From: an uncultured Planctomycetota bacterium
GTDB lineage: Bacteria > Planctomycetota > Planctomycetia > Isosphaerales > Isosphaeraceae
Length of the DNA: 64,000 nt
Direction: 5' to 3'
NCBI GenBank assembly: GCA_963845755.1
Contig: CAWJTV010000005.1
Coordinates: forward strand, 783,861 to 847,860
The translations under genes were made by a program, and so were the position numbers. The notes below the pieces were generated by a model. It was not told where the DNA came from, made no database searches, and was given only the letters and a program-made list of their open reading frames with translations. Positions 36,895 through 54,283 of the stretch are shown here, one piece after another; the stretch's first letter is position 1, and each line of letters starts with the position of its first letter.

Positions 36895-37124
36895 GAATGC
36901 CATTAAGTTAAGCGTAAAGACAGATTCTAATTGCACTTAGGGTCGATCTCCCCGGCTCCAATCAGAAATAGTTTAGATATGTTAATTTGATTCTCAGAGC
37001 GAAAACACCCTGGATCCAAGCCGCATGGAATGATCTAGATATCAACATACTTATAAAATCGCCGAAAACATGCTCGACGCAAGCCGTTTGGAGATCAGGA
37101 GTTAAACTTAACTTAATGCCATTC
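36895..37124. mobile_element. Non-autonomous IS4-like miniature element (MITE), 230 bp
   Basis: 18-bp inverted repeats GAATGCCATTAAGTTAAG / CTTAACTTAATGCCATTC (1 mismatch); 11-bp flanking direct repeat GGGACGCGGCT at 36884-36894 and 37125-37135; AT-rich interior with no transposase. Confidence 0.88.
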
Positions 37125-37173
37125 GGGACGCGGCTCGTTTTTCGGGAAGGGGGGCGTGGCTTGGTCGAATCAT

Positions 37174-37225
37174 CTAAAACTCATTGACCATCTCACCGAC
37201 TAAAACTCATTGACTATCTCACCGA
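37174..37225 (+). repeat. 26-bp tandem duplication
   Basis: CTAAAACTCATTGACCATCTCACCGA followed by CTAAAACTCATTGACTATCTCACCGA. Confidence 0.9.
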
Positions 37226-37557
37226 GGCGCGATTCAGAGTCCGATCCGGTGTCAGGGGATATGCAGCCGCCCCGTACCGCGGACGTCGTCAATCCGCGAG
37301 AGGTAGTCGAAGTGTTGCTTTCACGGCGTCCTTGCTCCAGGAGCTGTCTTAATTGAGCCAGGCGTTCGTTGCGGTCTCGTCACCGCTCGGGGAGTCGAAG
37401 CCTCTGCGACCGAATTTGCTCCGCGCGGTGTTCTCGGACACGGCGCTCGTAATTGTGAAGTTCGTCGCGCTCTTGCCGGTAGTAGCCCTCGACGATCTCG
37501 ATCTCCTCGTGGTCAGACTCGGAAGCCAGCGGATGATCTCAACGCAGGTGCAGTCTA

Positions 37558-38973
37558 GACCGACAATCCTCAATTGAGTGAGCATGAGCAAGGTGGCTTC
37601 TCCATCCTTGGTCGTTTGCCTCTTTTCACGCCACCTTCACCCGCAGCGGGCGACCGGTGTAGGTCCAGTGGAACGGCTTGGCAAACACCCGATTGAAATA
37701 CGCGATGAAGTTCCACAGCTTGCTCTGCAGGTCGTCCACCGAACTGAACGAGCCGCGCCGAATCACCTTCCTCATGATTACTCCGAAGACCGTCTCGATC
37801 TGGTTCAGCCACGAACTGTGCTTCGGCGTGTACACGAACCGGATCCGGTGGCCCTTCTCCGACAGGAACGCTTGCCGGCTGGCCACCGACTTGAGGATCC
37901 CGCGCACGTTCTTCCTCCCCAACGGCTCCGCGATCCCGCACGCCTTGGCCACCAACCGCACCAGCATCTCCGAGCCATGGATGTTCAAATTATCCACCAC
38001 GAAGATCCACCCCGCCTCCGGGTCGGTCGCCACCGTGTGCGCGATGTGTTCGACGAAATCCAACTCCGTCCGCGTCGGGCCGATCGTGGGGGTGATCAAC
38101 TCGCCGGTCGTCACGTCGAAGTTGCCGATCAGAGTCAGCGTCCCATGCCGCGTATATTCGGCCTCGATCCGCTCGGGCCTCCCGTAGGTCATCGGCTGAT
38201 CGGGGGCACTCCGCTCCAGCGCTTGCAACCCGGTCATCTCATCGGTGCTGACGGTGTGCGTCCCCTGGTCCCTCGCCAGGGCCGGCGCCTCCTGGTAGGT
38301 GTCACAGACCGCCTGGACCCGCCCCGCAAAGACCACCGGATCTTTCTCGCGGGTGTTGAGCCAATACCGCTTCTTGTGCGGCTGCAAGGCGGCCTCGCGG
38401 AGATAGCGACCCACTTGAGTGACCGAGATCGAGGGCACGATGCCGCGCTTGATGGCCTCGTCGGCCAACTCCTTGGCCGTCCAGTGAGTGATCGGCCGGC
38501 CGGACTTCTCCGGGGGCTCGCAGGCCAGTGCCAGGATCGCCACGACCTGCTCGGGAGTGAACTTGCCGGAGGAGCCGGCGCGGGGCTCATCGCGGAGGAC
38601 CTGCTCGACGGCCCGGCGCAACGCGGCGTGGGTCTGGGTGCACTCGATGCGGATGAGCCGCTCCCAGGCGTCGGCCCAACGTCGTCGCCAGGTGCTGACC
38701 TGCCGCCGCGACAGCCCGACTGCGGCGGCGATCTCCGCGTTGTCCCGCTTCTGGAAGGCCCAGAGAATGATGGCCGCACGTTGGCGGAGTTGAGACGAGG
38801 CGGTGGGTGCGTTGTGGATCGTTTCCAGGAGATCGTGTTGACGTTCGGTGATGGTGACCTTGGCCGTCTTGCCCGGCATAGCGAGAGCCTCCCTGGTGGT
38901 TGCGAAGCTAGCGAATCCAGGTAATTCTAGCCGGGTCATCAAGCTGTTGGTGCCTCAATCAGGATTGTCGGTC
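37558..38973 (-). mobile_element. IS630-family insertion sequence
   Basis: Terminal inverted repeats GACCGACAATCCT / AGGATTGTCGGTC flanked by duplicated TA within a CTAG target. Confidence 0.9.
37626..38879 (-). CDS. IS630-family transposase
   Basis: HTH N-terminus, LACEPP..GRPITHWT, VSTDEMTG, EYTRHGT, FVVDNLNIH, YTPKHSSWLNQIE, PFHWTY. Confidence 0.93.
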   Translation of the reverse strand: MPGKTAKVTITERQHDLLETIHNAPTASSQLRQRAAIILWAFQKRDNAEIAAAVGLSRRQVSTWRRRWADAWERLIRIECTQTHAALRRAVEQVLRDEPRAGSSGKFTPEQVVAILALACEPPEKSGRPITHWTAKELADEAIKRGIVPSISVTQVGRYLREAALQPHKKRYWLNTREKDPVVFAGRVQAVCDTYQEAPALARDQGTHTVSTDEMTGLQALERSAPDQPMTYGRPERIEAEYTRHGTLTLIGNFDVTTGELITPTIGPTRTELDFVEHIAHTVATDPEAGWIFVVDNLNIHGSEMLVRLVAKACGIAEPLGRKNVRGILKSVASRQAFLSEKGHRIRFVYTPKHSSWLNQIETVFGVIMRKVIRRGSFSSVDDLQSKLWNFIAYFNRVFAKPFHWTYTGRPLRVKVA

Positions 38974-39088
38974 TAGTCAGCCTTTGCGAACGAATTTGGC
39001 GTCGTCGATTGAGTCGGACCAGAATTGAGGAAGGAGGACTAAAACGAATCAACTCACTGACGCAAATGCTTGAAAAACAAGCATTTAG

Positions 39089-39130
39089 TGGAGACGACCG
39101 GGATCGAACCGGCAACCTCCTGGTTGCAAA
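39089..39130 (-). other. 3' half of tRNA-Ala(TGC): probable att site of an integrated element, not a complete tRNA
   Basis: Minus strand reads TTTGCAA-CCAGG-AGGTT-GCCGGTTCGATCCCGGT-CGTCTCC-A: anticodon loop, T-arm and acceptor 3' strand with U70; no 5' anticodon stem or D-arm upstream. Confidence 0.85.
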
Positions 39131-39655
39131 GCGATCTATCCCGAGCAGCCTTCCGTGAGAAAACCCCTGGAATTATCGCTATTATGCACCTCGGGCGGTC
39201 AATGTGCAACGGTAAGTCATCATGCTCGTAAATCGCCGAATAACCACGGTATTACCGGGTTCTACCGAGTTCGGTCATTACCGGAATCGCAGATCCGAGG
39301 CCTTGCACGCTAGGCGGGAACTCGATCCTCGGTTTGAGCATCCTGGAGCGGAGAAATGGGACCTTTCCTCCGGCGGCCTTGATGGACCTTGCAGCTTAAG
39401 TTAAGTTCATCCGGCCTCCGACACGTCGGCGTTCGGTGGAAGAAATCACCTCGATACGGGCCCATCGACCGTACTTAGTGTTGGCAAGGCACCGAGCCAC
39501 GGCGCAGTGGACAGCATTCTATGCTCACAGAATTTATCGAATCGATCGCTTCGCTTGATGATTCAAATCGGCGTGCACTTCAGGTCAACCGAGGACGTTG
39601 ACCAGATTCTCGACCAAGGAGACCGCTCCATTCCAGCCAAAGTCAAGGGAAGGGT

Positions 39656-40033
39656 ATGTTCGTCAAGGAGATGCTCAACGATAATCCACTCGCCAACGCC
39701 GCGATCGTCAACGATGCCTGGCGGGCGGCCGTCATGTTGGGCGGCATCAGCGTCACCTTCGTCAGCAAGATACGGTCCCGGATGGGGCTGTCGGGGAACC
39801 TGGGCCGCGGGCGAGGGAGCAGGACGAGGACGACCCGCGTGAGACCAGGTCGGAACGGACCACGCCGGTCCAGACCGGATCGAAGGGGACAGGCCCGGTC
39901 AAGGCGGGGAAAAAGGAGCGGTCTCAGTGATCTGGAGGTCGAGATTGACCGGCTGCTGATGAAAGTCGTGGAGAACGGCACGCTCCCCGAGGTCGAGAAC
40001 GCGTTGAGAAATGCCCGGCGTCAGCTTTACTAA
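39656..40033 (+). CDS. Basic hypothetical protein (5' end uncertain)
   Basis: Structured N- and C-terminal segments around an Arg-rich linker; no family recognised. Confidence 0.5.
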   Translation: MFVKEMLNDNPLANAAIVNDAWRAAVMLGGISVTFVSKIRSRMGLSGNLGRGRGSRTRTTRVRPGRNGPRRSRPDRRGQARSRRGKRSGLSDLEVEIDRLLMKVVENGTLPEVENALRNARRQLY

Positions 40034-40200
40034 AGCCTGGCCGCCCGCTCTTGAAACTAGGTTCGAGCGGGTACCGGTCTCATCCAACGCATGGCGGACC
40101 GACAAATCCGAATTAGAGGACATCGCTTCGGCGGTTCGTGGCACTTCCGTGACAGGATTCTAAGAGGCGGTTAGAGTGGCACCGGCAAGAAAGGGGGTTA

Positions 40201-40809
40201 ATGAACACAGGTACGATATTCCCTTACTGGACGGCGACGATGAGTCATCCGACGATTGACTGCCCCATCGCCCTTCCTAGCCTACACGCAACCCCTACTT
40301 TTCCGGCCCGATCCCAAGTCGAGAGGGTAACAGGGGATGAACCCCAAAACGAGAGGATGGCCAGAGATATGACATTCTTGAGCGAGACGTTGGGGCGATT
40401 GGAGGCCCGGAACCTTACCCGCAAGCGGCGGATATCGCAGCACGCCTGGAACCACGCGATCCAGGTCTTGACAGAGCGCATCCAGGAACTTGACCGGCAG
40501 GCGGCGGAAGCGACCGGTCGCGTGGAAGCGTCTCGGAGCGCAGAGGAACATAGGGCGGCGCAGCACGAGAGAAACGTGGCGGTCTGGTTGAGATCGCGGC
40601 TCCTCACTGCGAAGGAGAGGATTCAGGAGCTAACGAATGGCCTCAAGGAAGTCGGGAAAGGCCCAGAGCGAAAGTCGCTTGCCGATCCATATATCAGGCA
40701 GATTCGTGCGGCGCGGGCCGCGGAGACAGAAGCGGAACAGCGGTGGAGATCCGCAATGGCCAAGACGACATCCTCCGCATCGTCGGGGACAGCGGCGGCT
40801 GCAACCTGA
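40201..40809 (+). CDS. Coiled-coil hypothetical protein (start uncertain)
   Basis: 202-aa ORF, helical Ala/Glu/Arg-rich C-terminal two thirds. Confidence 0.5.
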   Translation: MNTGTIFPYWTATMSHPTIDCPIALPSLHATPTFPARSQVERVTGDEPQNERMARDMTFLSETLGRLEARNLTRKRRISQHAWNHAIQVLTERIQELDRQAAEATGRVEASRSAEEHRAAQHERNVAVWLRSRLLTAKERIQELTNGLKEVGKGPERKSLADPYIRQIRAARAAETEAEQRWRSAMAKTTSSASSGTAAAAT

Positions 40810-41144
40810 CCTTCGGGGGCTGGGATCCGGCGTGTCTCCCGGTGCGGTAAGTCGAACACGCGGAAGTGCATCGCGCTGGCGGGGAACCTCTCGGATTCCC
40901 TAACTGAGATGGTGGACTCGAAGTGACTGGGGCACAGGCGATCGAGGGTCAAGCTCTCCGTCGTTGCGGGAGCCTCCGCCTCCGCCGCAGTGCCTACGAA
41001 ACCGTACCAGCGGGAGACAGCCTCTGCAGTTGGTGGCGCAGAGGAGGCCGGCTCGCGGCATCTTGTTCGGCGTCCAATTAACCCGGATAATCCGAGCTGT
41101 CGATCGGACCGTCAAAGCGTGCTAAACCCTCGTGCAGAAGCCCA

Positions 41145-42310
41145 ATGCCGCAGTCGATCCCCAAGGGCCTGACCCGGGAATGCGTCCTCCAGGCGCTCGC
41201 CGACCTAGACGCCGGGATCGAGCACCCCTTCGGGCCTCCGACCGGCTACGAGCTGGTGCACGACGGCATGAGGTACGCCCCCAAGGCGGTCATCGGGCTC
41301 GCCTGCCGGTCCCTGCTCGGCCGGGTCCTGCTACCGGACGAGTTCAGCGGCGGCGAGGCGCCGGGGCAGGCGAATTATGTTCTCCGGGAACTGGGCTTCA
41401 CGGTGGCGAGGAAAGCCGAACTGTCCGACGTCGGAGGAATCGGAGGAGGTCCTCGAGCGGGGGCAGTCCTGGACTGCCTACGAGGTCGAGCTGATCGTCG
41501 CCGACTACTTCGAGATGCTCCGGGCCGAACTGTCCGGAGAGGGGTTCAGCAAGGCCGACCACAACCGGGAGTTGCGATCGATGCTCGACAACCGCTCGAA
41601 GAGCTCGGTCGAGTACAAGCACCAGAACATCAGCGCCGTCCTGATCGGGATGGGCCTGCCCTACATCGACGGGTACAAGCCGGCCAGGAACATCCAGAAG
41701 ACGCTGCCGCAGGCGGTCGGCGAGTATCTGATCCGGCATCCCGAGTTCTTCGAGAAACTGGCCGATGGGCCGGTGCTCAACCCGACCCACGTACCCGTGA
41801 TCGGGGACCGCCCGATCGAGGATTACTTCGAGAGCCGTCCCGACGCGATCATCGTCCCCGGGAACGACGACAAGCCCTGGCTCTCGCGGCGCGGCCGAAA
41901 GATCGACTTCGCACGCCGGGATGCCTTCAACCGCCACCTGGGTCAACTGGGCGAGCAGTTCGCCATCGAGATCGAGAGACAGCGGTTGATATCGGCCGGG
42001 ACGGGACGATCTCGCGGCCAAGATCGAATGGGTGGCTCAGACATGCGGGGACGGCGTTGGGTTCGATGTGCTGTCGTTCGACCCGAACGACGACACCGAG
42101 CAGTTCATCGAGGTCAAGACGACGGGACTGGGCAAGCACTTCCCGTTCTACATGACCGCGAACGAGGTGCGATGCTCCGAGGATCGGCCGGCGCAGTTCC
42201 GGCTCTACCGCGTGTTCGATTTCGGCCGGAGTCCCAGGGTCTACGTGGTATCCGGGGCCGTGTCGCGGGAATTCCGACTGGAGCCAGTCGAATACCGCGC
42301 ATCGATTTGA
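41145..42310 (+). CDS. DUF3883 (PD-(D/E)XK) endonuclease with N-terminal ScoMcrA-like head domain; indels near 41420 and 42000
   Basis: N-terminal LTRECVLQAL..RYAPKAVIGLA..FSGG..LRELGFTV; middle VEYKHQNISAVL..GYKP; C-terminal GEQFA..GDGVGFDVLSF..FIEVKTT..FYMTANE. Confidence 0.8.
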
Positions 42311-42395
42311 AGCAGGCGACTATCCATCGCCTTTCTCGTGGTTATGGGCGACTTGGCCCGGCGGTAGGGCAAACTCAACGAGTGAATCGTACGTG

Positions 42396-43322
42396 TTAGA
42401 TTTCACTCTCGTCGAAGAAGTCGTTTGAGACCTCTTTCAATGAATAGGTCTTCGTCGTCGTCACACCGAGGTTGTGCTCGATCATCAGAGACGCCAACTG
42501 GTCGCCGTCGATCAACACGACCTTCTTCCCCTCGATCCGGTCCACGAAATCCATAGCATCCTTCGTGAAGACCGAGGTCGTCATGATCACTCCTTTCCTT
42601 GCCCGGATGTAATCCATGCTGCCGACGAAGCCCTGGACGACCGGCCTGCCCACGGGTCCATCCCATCGCTTCGCCTGGATACACACCACGTCCAGCCCGA
42701 GCTTGTCCTGCTTGATCACTCCGTCAATTCCAGCATCACCTGACCTGCCGGTGACGGAACCGTGCCCCGTCACCCCGCCATAGCCCATCGCCATGAGGAG
42801 CTTGACCACGACACCTTCGAAAAACGTCGGCGAGCACAATCTGAGCCGCGATAGGAGTTCTTCGGCGGTGGCCTGGGTAAGCGACTTATGGGCTGCGTCG
42901 ATCAATTCGAGTGGGGTCCGCCTCTCCTCAATGACGGTCGTCGCTTCCGACGAGCCGATGATCTCGTCTTTGGGCTGCGACTTGCCGACGAACTCACAGT
43001 ACGCGGGAAACCGCTTCAGGAACCTGACATTGATCGCTTGGGGCCTCTCGGCCAGTACCTTGCGGCCCAGGTCGGAGATACGGACTCGGCCGCGTATCGG
43101 GTTCTCCAACAGCCCTGCGGCCTTGAGGTGTGACTTGGCCCAGGCCACTCGGTTACTGAAGATCGTTTGCTGTCCGCTGGGCAGAATCTCCTCTCGCTCT
43201 TCATGTGTCAGTTGGAACCGGTCAGCAAGCTTGGTAGTCAAATCCCGCATGATCTGCTCGTGTCCATCGGCCAAAGCCTCGACCAGAGGGAGCATCACAG
43301 ATTGAAAGTCGGGGATTGGCAT
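42396..43322 (-). CDS. mrr: Mrr restriction endonuclease (type IV)
   Basis: MPIPDFQSVMLPL, NRVAWAKSHLKAAGLL, FFEGVVVKLLMAMGYG, GDAGIDGVIKQDKLGLD..IQAKRW, KGVIMTTSVF, LIDGDQL. Confidence 0.93.
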   Translation of the reverse strand: MPIPDFQSVMLPLVEALADGHEQIMRDLTTKLADRFQLTHEEREEILPSGQQTIFSNRVAWAKSHLKAAGLLENPIRGRVRISDLGRKVLAERPQAINVRFLKRFPAYCEFVGKSQPKDEIIGSSEATTVIEERRTPLELIDAAHKSLTQATAEELLSRLRLCSPTFFEGVVVKLLMAMGYGGVTGHGSVTGRSGDAGIDGVIKQDKLGLDVVCIQAKRWDGPVGRPVVQGFVGSMDYIRARKGVIMTTSVFTKDAMDFVDRIEGKKVVLIDGDQLASLMIEHNLGVTTTKTYSLKEVSNDFFDESEI

Positions 43323-43645
43323 GACTTCACCTCGCTGCTTCGCTCAACTCGGCGGAGTGACCTGCGACGATGGCTCGGACGACCTCTCGCTCCGCTTCCA
43401 ATTCTGCTCGCAACATCACCGGTGAGGAATAAGGAGGTCGTTGAACTAAATCTGGAACGACTGAGTATGGCGACTCGCTACTTTTCCCAAGGTGACACGA
43501 GTGTTGCGAGTGGTGGCGAATTCCCGTCGAGGGCCGCCGAGCCGGAGTCTGGGAAGAATCGGATCTCAATCGTAGGCGATGCCCCGGTTCCTGACGCTTC
43601 GGTCGAATTCGCTACCAGACTCAGTGTTGGGTCAAGGCCCTCCTA

Positions 43646-45777
43646 TTAGAAGGCGGTCTGGCTCTCGCCGAGCCACCGCTCCGCGCCGGGCACATCGAGG
43701 AGATACCGAGCGACGACTTCCCTCTCGACCCAGGGCGGCATGAGCGGCTGGAACTTGCTGAGGCGATAGCCCGGGAGTGAATCGAAGATGCCCGTTCCAC
43801 ATAGCTTCGTCGTCCCAGACCGCGGGAGAGCGGAGGGTCGCGACGGCATCCTGGAAGCGGGGGAAGGTCAGGTCGTCTGCCGCGGAGTCTCAGCGAGGAA
43901 GTTGTCGGGGACGATCTGCACACCGGCGAGCAGCGTTCCCAAGGCCGTAGCGGAGCGTGGTGTTGATTCGGCCTCCAGCGAAGGTCCACCAGCGGATCTC
44001 GTTGTCGTCGATCTCGACGCCGGGACTGACCGGGGGCAACGACTCGCGCCCAGGGCGTCGCGCCGCTCGGCGAGGAGGGCGGCGGCTTCGGGGGTGAGGT
44101 AGCTGTAGGTGTCATCGGACGCGAGCACGTCGCGGATCTTCCGGCAGATGGCCTCGCTGAGGAACTGGGGGATGAACCCGCCCCACGTGGGCTGCTTGCC
44201 GCGCGGGGCGGGGCCGACCACGACCCGGCGGTCGTCGTGACGCACTTCGAGCACGGCCCACGCGCGGCCGCCGAGGAGGAAGCAGCTCACGCCCTCGACG
44301 AGGCGGTCGACGAACTCCTGGTTGAGCGTGCCGAGCGGCTGACCGGTCGCCAGTCTGCACGGTGTAGCTCTGCGGGCTCGAGAAGACGGCGAAGAGCTCC
44401 ATGAAGTTCCGCCGGCCGAAGCGACGCTCCGCCTTCGGCCCGAAAACGAGCCGGCCGCCCGTTAGCAACGAACGACTCGTCGTCGATCATCCAATCGACG
44501 AGGCGGTCGAACTCCTCGCGGCGAATGCCCTTGAAGTCGGGGACGCGCGACAGGTGATCCCATGCCGGTTGCGGGGCGACGCCGTCATCCGCGAGCGACA
44601 TGGCGAGCAAGCTGGTGGATGAGGACCGGCCAGCATCGATCGTTCACCGACGACGTGCTCGACCCAGCCCGACTTCGCGAGCTCGATGAGGGCGATCGCC
44701 TGGAGCACGCCGTCGGTCGTCTCGCAGAAAAACGTCGTGTTCGCGACCTGGCCCTGCGCGACGCCCGGTGCGGCCCATGCGCTGGAGGAAGGAACTCACC
44801 GTGTCCGGGGCCTCGGACTGGAGCACTCGGTCGAGGTCGCCCACGTCGATGCCCAGCTCGAGCGTCGACGTGCAGACGATGCAGGCGTCCGAGCCATGGT
44901 GGAACTGCTCCTCGGCGATCACGCGCTCCTCGCGCGAGACCGCGCTGTGGTGCACGAAGACCGTCGTCCCCGTCTGTCGCATGTGGCTGGCTACGGCCTC
45001 GGCGGTCGCGCGGGACTGGCAGAAGAACAGGCTCTTCACTCCACGTGCTGAACGGGCAGCCTCCTCGGCGATCAGGGCCGAGCTCCGGACGGTGGACGAC
45101 GAGGAGTTGCTTGCGGCTCGGCGGCTTCGGCGGGTCGACGACCACGCCCGGTCTCGTGCGACGTCCCCTGGAGCCAGCGGAGGATCTCTTCGCGGGTTGC
45201 CCACCGTCGCGCTGAGCCCGACGCGCTGGACGTCGTGACGCGACAGGGGTGCGGATCCGCTCGAGCACGCTCATCAGGTGCGCACCGCGGTCGGTCCCCG
45301 CGACGGCGTGAATCTCGTCGATGACGACGAGTTCGAGGTCGGTGAAGAGCCTGGCCGCGTCGACCCGCTGCGAGACAGCATCACCTCCAGCGACTCGGGC
45401 GTCGTCATCAAGAGCTCGGCCGGCTCGCGGAGGAAGCGGCGACGGTCGTGAGTCGGGGGTGTCCCCGTGCCAGACGAAGCGGTGGAGGCCGACCATCTCG
45501 GTGTAGAGTCCCAAGCCGATCGGCCTGGTTATTGAGCAGGGCCTTGATCGGCGCGACGTAGAGCACCCCACGGCGTCGGTCGGCTCGTCGATGAGCCGGG
45601 AGATCGCCGGGAACATCGACGCTTCCGTCTTGCCCCCGGCCGTCGGGGCGAGGACGACACGTTGTTCCCCGTCGAGGATCGCTTCGCCCGCCTCCTCCTG
45701 CACGGGGCGAAGGCTCGTCCACCCGAGCCGGGCGACGATCGCCTCCTGGAGCCGCGGCGCGAATCGAGCGAAGACGC

Positions 45778-45781
<4 letters not shown>
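43646..45781 (-). CDS. brxHI: BREX Lhr-like DEAD/H helicase; multiple indels
   Basis: LGWTSLRPVQ, APTAGGKTE, VIDEIH, STLELGIDVGDLD, FLQRMGRTGRR; start overlaps the brxD stop. Confidence 0.85.
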
Positions 45782-47104
<1,323 letters not shown>

Positions 47105-47108
<4 letters not shown>

Positions 47109-49970
47109 GTTGTCGTCCCCTCCCGCACGTACCGCTTCACGCCGCCGATCACGTCGATCCGCACGTCGAACGGGAGCCTTCGCCGCAAACTCCTCGAACC
47201 GGTTCGCGAACCGCCGGAGCTCCCGCGGCCCGCCGAGCATCGCCGACGCCTCGACCTCCGTCACCGCGCCGTGCACCGCGAGGTGCTCGAACAGTTGGCG
47301 GACTCCCCCCTCGGGGAGGTATCGACAGCCAGCTCCGATTCGATTCGACCGTCGTGAGCACGGGGAGCCAGCATCCTGTGTACCACGCGGAGCGGTCACC
47401 GCGAAACGCCCGTCCACCACGCAGGGAACGACCTCCGCCTCGGCCCCCTGGTGGTAGATTTCGACCAGCACCCTCGCGTCGGCCGGGCCGGAGAGGCGGA
47501 AGAAGAGCTCGAACGGCTCGCCCACGGTCGCGACGATCGAGCCGGCGGCGATCCTGGCCCCGCCGCGTGCCTGGCACGGCTCGACGTGGACCTCGGGAAG
47601 CTCGGGCACGCGGAGGGCGAGCTCGATCTCGGGCACTCCGCCGAAGCCGAGTTCCCCCTGCGGCGGTGCCAGCACCGTCGCCTCGATGCAGTGCATGCCG
47701 CCGACGCCTTCCTTCGCCGTGGCGCGGACGACGTAGCGGGTGTTGCTGCCGCCGACCGCCGCCCGGTGGACGAGCGTGAGGACCGGGATGACCCGCTCCT
47801 GAAGGCTGTTCCCGCCGTGCACGAAGCCGGTCGGTCGCCGGCCGGTGTCGAACAACGCCGTCGTCTCGGGGAACATCAACTGGTCGGTCGAGTCGTAACC
47901 CAGGTCCGAGAGCGGGACCCTCACCTCGCCCTGGTGGTCCGCGGCGACGGCCGAGAAGACGTGACGGCGCTTCGGGTCGACCTTGCGGCCGTGCGGCTGC
48001 GCCGTGCGGGCGCCCTCGTCGATGAGCAGGAACCCGTGGTCGGCCGTGAAGACGAAGCGGCGGACGCCCACGTCTCGGAGGAGCTTCCACGCCGCGCGGA
48101 GTTTCTGGAGCACCTGGTCGAAGACGGCGGGGCCGACACCACGCTCACCCGCCCGGTCGATCTCGTCGCTGTGGACGATGACGAGCCGGGCGCGGGCGAT
48201 CGATTGCTTGAGGCTCGTCGATTCCCGCGTCACCACGTCTTCCAGCGTGAGCAGCGGGCAGGTCGTGCCACCGACCCGGCCTTGCATGGCCCGCTTGCGG
48301 CTCTCCGGGTCGGAGACGCGGAACTCGCCCGTCGAAAACCCGAGCACGACCCCGTCCGAGATGACCGGGCGGAGCCGACCCCGGTCGGCGACGGGCGCGA
48401 GCACGTTCATGCCGACCTCCGTCGCGGTCGGCAGCTCGGCGAGCCGGGCCCAGAGCATCGGCGTCGTCGCGGGCGTGTCGGAGAGCGTCGCAAAGAGCTC
48501 CTCACCCATCTCGTAGCGAAGGGCGTCGACGACGAAGAGGGCCGTCGTCCCCGACTCCTGGGCGAGCGGCTTCACGACCTCGTCGAAGATCGTCCGCTGC
48601 TGGAGCCTCGCGTCCGGGAGGAATCCTCGCGTCTTGCAGAGGGCATTGAAGTCCACCGCCCAGCGGTCGGCCCAGTCGCGCCAGAGCGACCGGACCCGGT
48701 CGAGACTCGCACGGAGCGATTCGAACTCCGGCAGTGGCGGGTACAGGAGGGCCGCCCGCCGCTGTTCCATGTGGCGGTGGGCACGGTCGACCGGGGCACC
48801 GAGCGAGGTGTAGCGTTCGATCGCACGGTCCATGTCGCCGCGCGCGTCGAGCGAGTCGCCGGCGGCTTTGATCGCCAGGCCGAGTCGGGCCGCGTCGGCG
48901 ACAAGGAGCCAGGCCGACCGCCGCGACGGGTCGTCGCGGAGCCAGAAGGACGCGCCGGCGTCGCGGGCCGACGCCCAGGCCGAGGCGGACTCCCAGTCGC
49001 CGCGTCCGAGGGCCTCGATGGCGCCGCAGAGGACCTTGTCCTCCTCAAAGCGGAACGTGTCGATCTTCCCGAGGTCCTCGGCCTTCGCCACCTCAACCTC
49101 GTCGGGGAGGATCGCCTCCGTCTCGTCCGCCGTCCTGCGATAGAACCCCCGGTGCCGCTCGCGCAAGTGCGCAGCGAGGGTGCGGCACGCCTCGACGACC
49201 GGGCGGGGTAGATCGCGCGCGGCCTGGAGCCTCGCGGCGACCGGAGGACGTTTGAGGTCTTCGACGTACTCGACCGCAAGGGCCCAGCCCGCGGCGGCGA
49301 ACGCCACGTCCTCCGCGCGTGGCATACCGGGCGGGAGCACATCCCCGCGCCAGCTTTCGGGAAGGCCCGTCCACGCGGTGAGACGCTCCCACAAGACGGT
49401 CAGGTCCTCGACCGAGCCGATCCGGCTTGCGACGAAGCCACCGCCGAGCAGGTCGTCGATGACGGCGGGCAGCGAGAGCGCTCTCAGGTGGGAACCGAGC
49501 CCGCCTTCGCGGGCGGCGAGCAGGTCCGTGAGCCAGGCGTCGGCCTCTTCGAGCGTGAACGCACCGCGGTCGCGGAACGCCTTGATCTGCTCCGGACGGA
49601 CGTTGGCCCCCGCCGCCTCGTTGAGCAGAGTGTCCAGTGCCTTCCGGTAGCGCACTCCCGCGAAGTAGAACTCGAGGAGCGGGGTCTCTCGGATCGTCTC
49701 CTCGTTGAATCCGGGCAGGTGGATGACCAGCGGCGTTTTCTCGACGCCGCTTTCGAGCGACTCCATGTCGAGGAGGAGTTCGAGGTGACTGCCGCGGAAG
49801 GCGCGGATCTCGTAGGGGATCGCCCCCTCGTCCTTCATCCGGATCAGCCGGTCGACGAAGCCGGAGTAGTGGTTGTCGAGATCGAGCCAGAGCACGATCC
49901 CGTTCCGCCGGACCGAGTCTGCGCAGGTCCGCTTCGAGCGTCGCCGAGACGGGACCGAGATCGGAGGGCG

Positions 49971-49974
<4 letters not shown>
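47105..49974 (-). CDS. pglZ: BREX PglZ alkaline-phosphatase-domain protein; indels near both ends
   Basis: FVVDALRYEMG, LPTATEVGM, FTADHGF, FVHGGNSLQERVIPV; ATGA overlaps with pglX and brxD. Confidence 0.9.
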
Positions 49975-54265
<4,291 letters not shown>

Positions 54266-54283
54266 CGTGCTCGCACTCCGCGG

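Noticed and set aside
39089..39165. Complete tRNA-Ala or tmRNA gene
   Set aside because: Similarity stops at the anticodon loop; no 5' acceptor strand or D-arm, and the TGC anticodon loop argues against tmRNA
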